Shown: positions 52,641-61,156 of the stretch, piece by piece
Layout of the letters: every line of letters starts with the position of its first letter
How positions within the stretch are numbered: position 1 is the stretch's first letter
Assembly: GCA_965205655.1 (NCBI GenBank)
Contig: CBDBIJ010000110.1
Coordinates: 32,001 to 96,000 of the forward strand
Reading direction: 5' to 3'
DNA: 64,000 bases
Origin: Candidatus Latescibacterota bacterium
Lineage (GTDB): Bacteria; Latescibacterota; UBA2968; UBA8231
The notes under the pieces: model-generated
Database searches by the model: none
What the model saw: only the letters and a program-made list of their open reading frames with translations
What the model was told of the DNA's origin: nothing
Position numbers and translations under genes: made by a program

Positions 52641-53816
52641 TCAGAAGTAGCTCAGAACCATCTCCCAGAGGCTCATTCGAGTCACTGCCTTCTCGGCGAC
52701 GAGGTCGACCTGAGCGAGAATGCTGTCGCCGATGCTGACTTTCAGCAGGCCGAGCTTTTGACCCTTTTCGATTGGCGCGGGATGCTCGGCCGGCAGTTCG
52801 ACGCTCCGCGTCAGCAGTTGCCGCTGCCGTGTCGTAAGTACGGCTATGACTGAATCTGAAGTGACCGCCGTGGCCTCCGGTTCCACGCCCCACTCCAACG
52901 CCACGTGCCCGAGGGGCTCGCCCGCTCGGACGAGATCGACTTTGGAAAAGTGGTTGAACCCCCAGATCAGTAACCGGGCACTTTCCCGATCGCGCGTCTT
53001 TTCGTTTGGACAGCCCATCATTGCGGAGATGAGGCGCATATCGCCCCGTCTGGCCGTAGCGACCAGACAGTAGCCGGCGCGCTCGGTGTATCCCGTTTTC
53101 AGTCCGTCGAGCCCCTGGAATCTGCCGAGAAGCTTGTTTCTGTTGTAGAGATCGAACTCGCCGTTGCGAAATGTCGTGTAGCGGACTGACGACCATGCGA
53201 CAATGCGTTCGTGGTCGACAGCCGCACGGGCAATCATGGTGAGGTCACGCGCCGAGGAAAAGTTGCCGCTTGCCCTCGGTGTGTCGTCCAGTCCGTGGAC
53301 GTTCACGCAGCGGGTGTTCTCGAGACCGAGGAGTTCGGCCTTGCTGTTCATCAGGTCAACGAATCCGTCCACCGAACCGCCTAGGTGCTCCGCCACGGCG
53401 ACGCAGGCATCATTCGCGGACTGGATGACGATAGCCTCCATCATTTCGCCGAGCGTGAAGATCTCTCCGTGTCTCAGGTACACCTGCGATCCGCCGATTC
53501 GACTGGCCCACGCCGAGGTCAGCACGGAGTCCGACAGGGAATACCGCCCGTCGGCGACGGCGTCCATGACGACGAGTTGGAGAAGGAGTTTCTGAGTGCT
53601 GGCAGGCGAGCGACGGGCATCCGCATCGTGCTGAAAAAGGACGGACCCCATCTCGTCCTCGATCAGAATGGCAGAAGCGAACTTCGGATCGTCGCCCACC
53701 TTGAAGGTAACGGCGCCGAGGGGAGGCGGGGTTGAGAGCAGGCTACTGGAGATACCACACGCGGTGAGAAGAAGGCGGGCGTGGGTCTTGGCGGGGCAGT
53801 TCAACGATCGCGGCAC
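52641..53816 (-). CDS. D-alanyl-D-alanine carboxypeptidase (peptidase S11, PBP5/6-like)
   Basis: PASTQK (SxxK), SANDA (SxN), GLKTGYT (KTG), C-terminal APIEKGQKLG. Confidence 0.93.
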   Translation of the reverse strand: MPRSLNCPAKTHARLLLTACGISSSLLSTPPPLGAVTFKVGDDPKFASAILIEDEMGSVLFQHDADARRSPASTQKLLLQLVVMDAVADGRYSLSDSVLTSAWASRIGGSQVYLRHGEIFTLGEMMEAIVIQSANDACVAVAEHLGGSVDGFVDLMNSKAELLGLENTRCVNVHGLDDTPRASGNFSSARDLTMIARAAVDHERIVAWSSVRYTTFRNGEFDLYNRNKLLGRFQGLDGLKTGYTERAGYCLVATARRGDMRLISAMMGCPNEKTRDRESARLLIWGFNHFSKVDLVRAGEPLGHVALEWGVEPEATAVTSDSVIAVLTTRQRQLLTRSVELPAEHPAPIEKGQKLGLLKVSIGDSILAQVDLVAEKAVTRMSLWEMVLSYF

Positions 53817-53821
53817 CCGTG

Positions 53822-54415
53822 TCAGTTCAGTGACGGATCTTCGGGAATGAAAGACATGGGCGCGTATTTACCCCCGAGTGAGTGGAGGGCCTCGTGCCAC
53901 ACCTGGCCGGGCTCCTCCGAGAACACCTGTTCCACATCGCCCGGGCAGAGCACCCACGCTCCTAGCGCGATCTCGGCTTCGAGCTGGCCCGGCGACCAGT
54001 CCGCGTATCCCAGATAGAACCGCAGCTGGGCTTTGTCCGAATCGGAGGCAGAGGTGTGCTCGCGCAGCGCGTCCAGGTCACCGCCGGCATAGAGTCCGTC
54101 ACAAATCTGGGTGCTCTTCTCGCCGAGTTGGTCGACCCTGTGCAGAAAGATGAGCGACCCCGGATCTACTGGTCCCCCCTGAAAAAACATCCCGCTCAGT
54201 GTGCCTCCGCTCTCCTTAAGCCCCTTCGTAAGATTCTGCAGCTCATCGCTCGAATAGAGATTGGCACGCTCTCCCAGAGGCCTGTTGATGATGACGCCGA
54301 GGGTGTACTCGTCCGGCACGTGCTGCAACAGGAGAACGACGGTGCGGGTGAACGTTTCTTCCTCGAGGCCGAGCGAGGCGATGAGAAACGTTCCGGGCTC
54401 GAGTGCTGCGGGCAT
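53822..54415 (-). CDS. YqgE/AlgH (UPF0301) family protein
   Basis: FTRTVVLL, GVIINRP, GGPV, RFYLGYADWSPGQLEAEI, PEDPSLN. Confidence 0.9.
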   Translation of the reverse strand: MPAALEPGTFLIASLGLEEETFTRTVVLLLQHVPDEYTLGVIINRPLGERANLYSSDELQNLTKGLKESGGTLSGMFFQGGPVDPGSLIFLHRVDQLGEKSTQICDGLYAGGDLDALREHTSASDSDKAQLRFYLGYADWSPGQLEAEIALGAWVLCPGDVEQVFSEEPGQVWHEALHSLGGKYAPMSFIPEDPSLN

Positions 54416-54512
54416 GGGACTCCTCGATGGTTGAGACTCTGGCGGCCTTTCTGCGCGGGTGACGAAGATAAAGTACGCGTGCAGGCATTCAAAGAGGGGG
54501 CAACGTCTACTG

Positions 54513-55688
54513 TCAATAGAGTAGGTGCCTGCCGCGCAGGTCCATGAACGGCCGGCGCTCGGCCTCCCATTCGAGCGCCAGGTCGGCGACTTCCGCCCCC
54601 GCGTCGAGGGCCAACCGGATTCGGTCCGTTCCTGCGAGCTTGTCGAAATTGTGGATCCCCTCTTCGGGAATGCGCCAGGCAAAATGCTCCGGCCACCTGC
54701 GTTTTACGGCGGCCACCGCCTCGAAGCCGGTAGTCACCGGGAGGAAATTCGTCCGGTCGACAACGTGGAGCTGAGCGCCGCCACACGACTGGCCCTCGTA
54801 CTTGCCGAAGGCAGGCACGAACCGCACAGGACGAAAAGCAGCTCCGGGCAACAGCAGACTGTTCAGTTCGTCGGCGAGGCGGAATCCGTCAATGAATGGA
54901 GCTCCGACCTGCTCGAAGGGACGCGCCGTGCCGCGTCCTTCGGAAATGTTTGTTCCCTCGAAGAAGCACATACCCGGATACACGACGGCAGTCTCTACAC
55001 TGGGCATGTTTGGTGATGGCGGCACCCACTCGAGGTGAGTCTCCTCCCAGAAGCAGTCTCGCCTCCAGCCCGCCATTTCCACGACGTTGAGATCGGCCTC
55101 GACTCCGGCGTCTTCGTTCAACAACCGGGCCAGCTCGCCCAGCGTCATGCCGTAGCGAACCGGGATTGGATGGATGCCGACAAAGGATGCGAACGCGGGA
55201 TCGAGAACGTTACCCTCGACGGCCGCGCCGATCGGGTTCGGTCGATCGAGGATGACGAAGGGGATCGCTCTCTCAGCGCAGGCCTTCATGGCCAGATAGA
55301 TGGTAGATACGTATGTGTAAAAGCGAACGCCCACATCCTGGATGTCGCAGACGACAACGTCGAGCTCTCGCAGCATGGCGTCGCCTGGCTGCCGCACCAG
55401 CCCGTAGAGGCTGTAGACGGGTACTCCGGAACCCGCGTCGCGCTCGGTGTCGACCCTCACACCGTCCTCGGAATCACCCCGGAAGCCGTGCTCCGGTCCG
55501 AACAGCGCACGCAACTCCACGCCCGACGTGCGGTGCATTCGGTCGGCTGTCCGTTCCATGTTCGAATTCACACCGGATTGATTGGTAATGAGGCCCACCC
55601 GCTTTCCTTCTACCAAGTGGAAAACCTCATCGAAGAGCCGCTCGTTCCCCAGCTGTATCGGCACGCGAGAGAGGGGTGAGTGGTTCAA
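54513..55688 (-). CDS. namZ: Exo-beta-N-acetylmuramidase NamZ/YbbC (DUF1343) family
   Basis: GLITNQSG, LFGPEHG, DIQDVGVRFYTY, LDRPNP, PSPNMP, SEGRGT. Confidence 0.9.
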   Translation of the reverse strand: MNHSPLSRVPIQLGNERLFDEVFHLVEGKRVGLITNQSGVNSNMERTADRMHRTSGVELRALFGPEHGFRGDSEDGVRVDTERDAGSGVPVYSLYGLVRQPGDAMLRELDVVVCDIQDVGVRFYTYVSTIYLAMKACAERAIPFVILDRPNPIGAAVEGNVLDPAFASFVGIHPIPVRYGMTLGELARLLNEDAGVEADLNVVEMAGWRRDCFWEETHLEWVPPSPNMPSVETAVVYPGMCFFEGTNISEGRGTARPFEQVGAPFIDGFRLADELNSLLLPGAAFRPVRFVPAFGKYEGQSCGGAQLHVVDRTNFLPVTTGFEAVAAVKRRWPEHFAWRIPEEGIHNFDKLAGTDRIRLALDAGAEVADLALEWEAERRPFMDLRGRHLLY

Positions 55689-56621
55689 GGGTGATGCGAG
55701 GCAGTGCGCTCTACTCGCCGCATGACAAAGGCGATGCCCCCGAGAAGGCTGGCGATGATTCCGGCTGCGTAGCCGAGCAGCGACATGGCCAATGCGGCGC
55801 TTTCAACCGATCCGATGGAGCTGAAAAGCTCCACCATGATGTTCTCTCTCACACCGAGGCCGCCGATGGAGATCGGCAGCGCCGCAATGACGGCGGCCAC
55901 GGGTTGGAAGGCGACGAAGAAGACGACTTTCACCTGTAGCCCGACGGCCAAACCCGCCGTCCAGTAAACGAGTATGCGGCAGAGCTGAACACCGAGTGAA
56001 ACCGCCCAGGCGCAAACGAGCAGAGGGACTCGATGCCGGTATAGGACGATGCTGCGGCGCAGGCGAGAGACGAGCTCGGCGATAAAAGCTGGGAGCAAGG
56101 GAACGATGAGGCGGTCCTCCAGAAAGGTGCCGGCCCGCCGGCTCAATCCCATGGCCAACAGCAGGACGAGGCCGAGCCATACCGGAAACAGGGCGGTCAC
56201 GAGCTGGGAATCCCTGACCTGGCAGACGCACACATAGGCTATCAGCGCCAGAGTGCAGGTTGAAAAAAGCCCGATGAATCGATCCACGAACGTCGCCGGT
56301 CAGACGTTTCACGTCGTAGATCCTGAGCGCGTCGCCGCCGATGTTGCCGAGCAGGACGTTGTTGAAGAACACGCCGATCCAGTAGAACACGAGACTCTGG
56401 CGAAAGCTGATCTTCAGCGTCTGACCCCGCAGCAGCAGGTGCCACTGGACAGCGCCGAGGGCGTTGCTGAGCGCGAAGAGCAGGACCGCCACGGCGAAGA
56501 GACCGATGTCGGTGGCGGCGAAGGCGTCGCCGAAGCCCTCGAGATCGGCCTTTGACAACAGGTACCACAGGAAACCGGCACTGACTGCGATCTTCAGTCC
56601 GACGTTCGCTGCGGCCCTCAT
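55685..56621 (-). pseudogene. UPF0104 / LPG-synthase-TM (putative flippase) gene split by a frameshift
   Basis: N-terminal half (IGVFFNNVLLGNIGGDALR) and C-terminal half (DRFIG...LPISIGGLGVRE) lie in different frames, with the junction at ~56291-56298. Confidence 0.75.
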
Positions 56622-57661
56622 TGGGTCGCGTCCTTCCCCATGATCGAGACTGCCGTCCGCCTACGAAAGACAAAGTACTGGAGCAGAATGCTCCCGGCGT
56701 AGATGCCCTCCGTATTGCGATCAGCGCTGGCTCGCGCCAGGGCTCTGCTCGCCCGCCGGCGGCGGTGCAGATTGGCCGGATGAGTGAGAAACCATAGGAA
56801 CGACGCCAGTGGCGCCGGTACCAACCTCCACGAACCGCTGGCGAGGTAGAGCACAGCCGACAGAAACTCCAAGCAGAGGCGGAGCGGCAGCAACCACACG
56901 AGTCGCGCTGCAGGCAGGTTCTTGTATAGCATGACCAGGTTGTTGCGGTGGTTGAGGTAGGACTTGGTGTAGCTATGAGACGGCAGCGAAAAACCCGAGT
57001 GGTGGATGACGACGGAGTTGGGCACCGCCATGATTCGGTAGCCTGCCAGACGCAGCCGCCAGCACAGATCGATCTCCTCGAAATGCATGAAGAAGCCGAG
57101 ATCGAGCAGGCCGACCTCGCGCGCTGCCGCGACGCGCAGAAAGAGAGCGGAGCCGCAGGCCCAGAACAGAGGAACTGGCTCGTCGTACTGTCTTTCGTCG
57201 GCCTCGAGGTAATCGAAGACGCGCCCGCGACAGAAAGTGTAACCGAGGCGGTCGATATGGCCTCCGCCGGCACCGCTGTAGTCGAACATGCCTGTCTGAC
57301 TGGCGGACAAAAGTTTAGGCTGGCACGCGGCGACCGTGGGGTCGGCCTCCGCCATCTCCACGAGCGGTCGCAGCCAGTCGGAGGTGACCCTCGTGTCGTC
57401 GTTGAGCAGCACGGCGTAGCGCGTTGACGTTTCGGCAAGGCCGCGGTTGCAAGCCTGACTGAAGCCGAGGTTGCGCTCATTTCTGATGACCTCTACCTCG
57501 GGGAACTGCTCTCGCGCGGCGCGAAGGCTCGGCGCATCAGGGCCATTGTCGACGACGATGACGCGGATGGGCGAGCCGCTGTGCTCGAAGAGGGATTCGA
57601 GGCAGTCGACGAGTATCTCGGCACTCAGGTGAGGGATGATGATCGTGACGGGTTCGCTCAC
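56618..57661 (-). CDS. Glycosyltransferase family 2 (WbbL-like)
   Basis: VVDNG, NLGFSQACN, LLNDD, FFMHFEEIDLCWR. Confidence 0.9.
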   Translation of the reverse strand: MSEPVTIIIPHLSAEILVDCLESLFEHSGSPIRVIVVDNGPDAPSLRAAREQFPEVEVIRNERNLGFSQACNRGLAETSTRYAVLLNDDTRVTSDWLRPLVEMAEADPTVAACQPKLLSASQTGMFDYSGAGGGHIDRLGYTFCRGRVFDYLEADERQYDEPVPLFWACGSALFLRVAAAREVGLLDLGFFMHFEEIDLCWRLRLAGYRIMAVPNSVVIHHSGFSLPSHSYTKSYLNHRNNLVMLYKNLPAARLVWLLPLRLCLEFLSAVLYLASGSWRLVPAPLASFLWFLTHPANLHRRRRASRALARASADRNTEGIYAGSILLQYFVFRRRTAVSIMGKDATQ

Positions 57662-60459
57662 AGGTCCCGCGTAGCGCTCTCGGTTGCGGCGGAGTCCTCC
57701 TCCACATCGAAGACGCCGTCTTTAGAGCCCTCTCGTTTCTGAACGGCGTTCATCAGGACTTGCTCGTCCCTGGCGGCCGAGTCGGTGGCACCGTACTCGG
57801 CCTGATAATCCCGGATCAGCTGAAGCGCGTCGTCCAGTTTGCCGCCGGCCTGCAGCGTAGCGGCCAGCTCGCGATAGGCGTCATAGCGCTCTGGCTCGCG
57901 AACGATGATGAGGCGATAGACGCGTTCGGCTCGATCGTACTCTCGATAGGTGCCCAAAAGGATGCTTCCCACCGCCAGCGCGTTTTCGTAGGTAGCCGAG
58001 GAGTGGTGTCCGTATGTGCTGAGCAACGCATCGCCGGCGCGTTCGAGAAACTCGGCGCCGATTGCGTGCGAGCCAGACTCCCGGTGGTGCTCGCTCGCGG
58101 AGTAGAAAATCTCCCAGCTGAGGGGGATGGTGTCGGATGCCCATCGAAAGAGGACGGCGAGATCGTCGGGGCGCTCTTCCGACTTGTATGCCTCCGCGAG
58201 GCTGAGGACACAGGCGCGGTAGTTCCCCAGGAGGCGCGTCGTGTTCTCGTCCTTGTAGATCTCCGGGTCGTTGATACCGCGAAAACGGTACACCTCGAAC
58301 ATGTTTCGCTCCAGAGCCTCCGTCGCCGCGCCCGTCACCTTTTCGGGGACCAGCTTCATCGTCATCCCCTGCATGCTGAGGTAGGGATCCAGGTCGACGC
58401 GATTGTTGCCTGCCACGGTGATGGCGAAATGGATAGGGCGCTCCCAGGCGTTCCACCCCACGATGCCGATGACCATGACATCCTGCACCCGCAGCACGTC
58501 GTGTCCAGCGGACGCCGACACCTTTACGTCCAGTCCCAGCTCGGCAAACTCGAGCGGGGTTTTCGGGGTGGGCCAGGCCCTTTTGTAGAGGTCGACCATC
58601 TGGGTGTCGGTGAGGGTGGAATCGATGTAGGAATCAGGCAGCCTGATCTCTACTTTCGGCTCGCGATCGCGCAGCTGTTTGATGTACCAGTTCGTGTTGA
58701 GCAGACTCAGGTTGACGACCCGAATGTCGCGCCGGATTCCCTCCACTTCCTGCAGGAACCAAAGTGGAAACGTGTCGTTGTCGCCGTTCGTGAACAGAAG
58801 GCTGTTCGGCTCACAGGTCTGCAACAGGTTGTAGGCGTAGTCGTAAGCGATATGGTCGCCGGTGCGGTCCTGGATGTGGTAGAGTTTGGCGCCGATTCCA
58901 ACCGGCAGCGCGAGCCCGAGGCAGGCGACACCGATTGAGAGTGGCCGAGCCAGCGCCAGACTGGTGCGGGCGTATTCCACGAGACCTACCCACCCCAACC
59001 CCATCCACAGGGCGAAAGCGTAGAACATGCCTCCGAACACATAGTGCCGCTCTCGCGGCTGCGGGTCTTGCATGTTCAGGTAGAAGGACAGGCCGAACCC
59101 CATAACGATGAGGAGCGCAGCAAGAGCGGCGAAGCGGCGCCAGTCCTTGACCGCGTGCCAGATGAGTCCTCCTAATCCAAGGGCGTAGGGGATGAGTGAA
59201 ACGGAGATGATGTGGGGTACGCTCTCGGTTGCCCAGCGGAACCCCACCTCCCGCGACAGCAGAGGGAAGGGGAACTGCTGAAAGAAGTACTTCATCTGCT
59301 GGTCCCACAACTGATACACCCGCGAGGCGCGTGGCTCGAGCATCGACAGGAGCATGCTTTCCGACCCGTACTGCTCGCGATTGAGAAATTTGACGAAAGC
59401 CGCCCAGGTCTCCGGATCGTTTTCGTCAATCGCCGGATTCAGGCCGGAGCGGATGAAGAGCGCCGTGTAGGTCGAGTAGCCGAGGGCGAACAAGACTCCC
59501 GCTCCCACAAGGATGGCCAGAGCCCGCTGGTCGGACTGGTAAAGATGGTAGGTGAGCCAGGCTCCGGCGCCGACCACGGCTATATTGGTCAGTCCGTCGG
59601 CATCGAAGAGGGCTTCGGCGATGACGACGGCCGCACCGGCGCCCGTGAGCGCGATGACGGTGGGACGCAGGTCGTGATGGTTGACCCAGACATGGGCGTA
59701 GAAGACGATGGCAGCGGCCGCTGCCAGTCCGCCGATCAGCTGGGCTGACTCGGGATGACTCGCGAAGAAGGTGACGAAGAACAGTCCTTCGAGGCCGATG
59801 CCCACGGCCACCAGTACGAGACGGCGCAACTTTTCGTCAGCGAACCAGACCAGGATAAGCAGGGCCGGGATGGTGAGCAGACACAGCATGTGGATGCCGC
59901 CGCCCAGGCCGAACAGGTAGGCCAGCAAAAAGAGCCAGCGATCCTCGAGGGCGCCGTGCTGCGTACCGTCCCAATAAACGATGAGCCAGACGCCGAGGGC
60001 TGCGAAGAGGATGGAATAACCGTATACCTCAGCTTCAGTGGCGTTGAACCAGTAGGTGTAAGAAACGGCCAGAGACAGGGATGCGACGACAGCTCCTAGG
60101 ATGACGCTCACGTCGCGGTGGTCGCCGAACGGTTCGAGCGCCCGCCCTCCCAGGGTCCGTCTCGCCAGCGATACCGTCGTCAGGTAGGTACACCAGATTG
60201 CTATGGCAGACGACAACACGGACATGAGCACGACGCGCCACGCCGGTTCACCGACGGGCAGTAGTGAAAAGAGTCTGCCCAACAGGACGTAGAGTGGCGC
60301 CCCGGGCGGATGCGGCACGCCGAGGATATAGGAGGACGCGATGAATTCACCCGTGTCCCAGAAGGACACGCCGGGCGCCATCGTTTTGAGGTAGAGCAGG
60401 AAAGTGAAGATGAAAACGCCGATACCGACGTATCGATGCACCCTTACAATTGAAGCCAT
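57658..60459 (-). CDS. DUF2723 / TMEM260-like GT-C membrane glycosyltransferase with TPR tail
   Basis: SFWDTGEF, HPPGAPLY, EAEVY, LNREQYG, QPRERHY, FTNGDNDTFPLW..QEVEGIRRD..VVNLSLLNT.WY. Confidence 0.88.
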   Translation of the reverse strand: MASIVRVHRYVGIGVFIFTFLLYLKTMAPGVSFWDTGEFIASSYILGVPHPPGAPLYVLLGRLFSLLPVGEPAWRVVLMSVLSSAIAIWCTYLTTVSLARRTLGGRALEPFGDHRDVSVILGAVVASLSLAVSYTYWFNATEAEVYGYSILFAALGVWLIVYWDGTQHGALEDRWLFLLAYLFGLGGGIHMLCLLTIPALLILVWFADEKLRRLVLVAVGIGLEGLFFVTFFASHPESAQLIGGLAAAAAIVFYAHVWVNHHDLRPTVIALTGAGAAVVIAEALFDADGLTNIAVVGAGAWLTYHLYQSDQRALAILVGAGVLFALGYSTYTALFIRSGLNPAIDENDPETWAAFVKFLNREQYGSESMLLSMLEPRASRVYQLWDQQMKYFFQQFPFPLLSREVGFRWATESVPHIISVSLIPYALGLGGLIWHAVKDWRRFAALAALLIVMGFGLSFYLNMQDPQPRERHYVFGGMFYAFALWMGLGWVGLVEYARTSLALARPLSIGVACLGLALPVGIGAKLYHIQDRTGDHIAYDYAYNLLQTCEPNSLLFTNGDNDTFPLWFLQEVEGIRRDIRVVNLSLLNTNWYIKQLRDREPKVEIRLPDSYIDSTLTDTQMVDLYKRAWPTPKTPLEFAELGLDVKVSASAGHDVLRVQDVMVIGIVGWNAWERPIHFAITVAGNNRVDLDPYLSMQGMTMKLVPEKVTGAATEALERNMFEVYRFRGINDPEIYKDENTTRLLGNYRACVLSLAEAYKSEERPDDLAVLFRWASDTIPLSWEIFYSASEHHRESGSHAIGAEFLERAGDALLSTYGHHSSATYENALAVGSILLGTYREYDRAERVYRLIIVREPERYDAYRELAATLQAGGKLDDALQLIRDYQAEYGATDSAARDEQVLMNAVQKREGSKDGVFDVEEDSAATESATRDL

Positions 60460-60495
60460 AGATCTCCCAATATACCAATGCGGGAGTTTTTGCGG

Positions 60496-61152
60496 CTACT
60501 CATGCACGAGGTCTACAGAACCCCAGGTGCTCGGATCGTGTGCCAGATGGGGGTCGCGGCTCACCGACCACGACTGCGTACCGCAGTCGATGTCCCGGAG
60601 AACGTAGTTGAAGCCGAGTCGCTCGAACTCCCGCGGCTGAAATCCGTTCATCCCCTCCGCTGGAAGGGCGACTTCCATGCGATAGCTGCGCGTCAGGCGA
60701 CGCAGGCCGACTCGAATCGACTCCTCCGGGCAGGGCGGCGCTTGCTCCCGTGCCTTGTCGATGGAGGTCTGTCTACCGATTGGACTCTTGCCGTCGCGGC
60801 CGCTACCGCCCGGCGTGAAGAAAAAGTGGTGACAAAATCTATTGGCCCGGTGGCTGTCTTTGACATCCCGCGTATCGATCCACAATTCGAGGCAGTCACC
60901 ATGCCAGTAGTTCTTCGGATCGATCTTGTAGTTCTTCTTCCGAGGCACTTCGACGGCGAAGTAGAGGCCGTCGTCGTTCCACCCCATGTAGACGTCGGCG
61001 AAGCTCGCCTGACCTTCAACTCCCATGAGATCGGGAATGCGGAAGGAGTCGTCCCAGTCGCGCAGATTGCCATCGACAACAGGGGCGGCTTCCCGGTATC
61101 GACAACGGAACGAGAAACTGAAAAAGGCGCGCTGCGGAACGCTGAGGTTCAC
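60496..61152 (-). CDS. CBM9-like / DOMON-like sugar-binding protein
   Basis: PVVDGNLRDW, GWNDDGLYFAVEV, GDCLELWIDT, YRMEVALP, GFNYVLRD. Confidence 0.7.
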   Translation of the reverse strand: MNLSVPQRAFFSFSFRCRYREAAPVVDGNLRDWDDSFRIPDLMGVEGQASFADVYMGWNDDGLYFAVEVPRKKNYKIDPKNYWHGDCLELWIDTRDVKDSHRANRFCHHFFFTPGGSGRDGKSPIGRQTSIDKAREQAPPCPEESIRVGLRRLTRSYRMEVALPAEGMNGFQPREFERLGFNYVLRDIDCGTQSWSVSRDPHLAHDPSTWGSVDLVHE

Positions 61153-61156
61153 GTCT

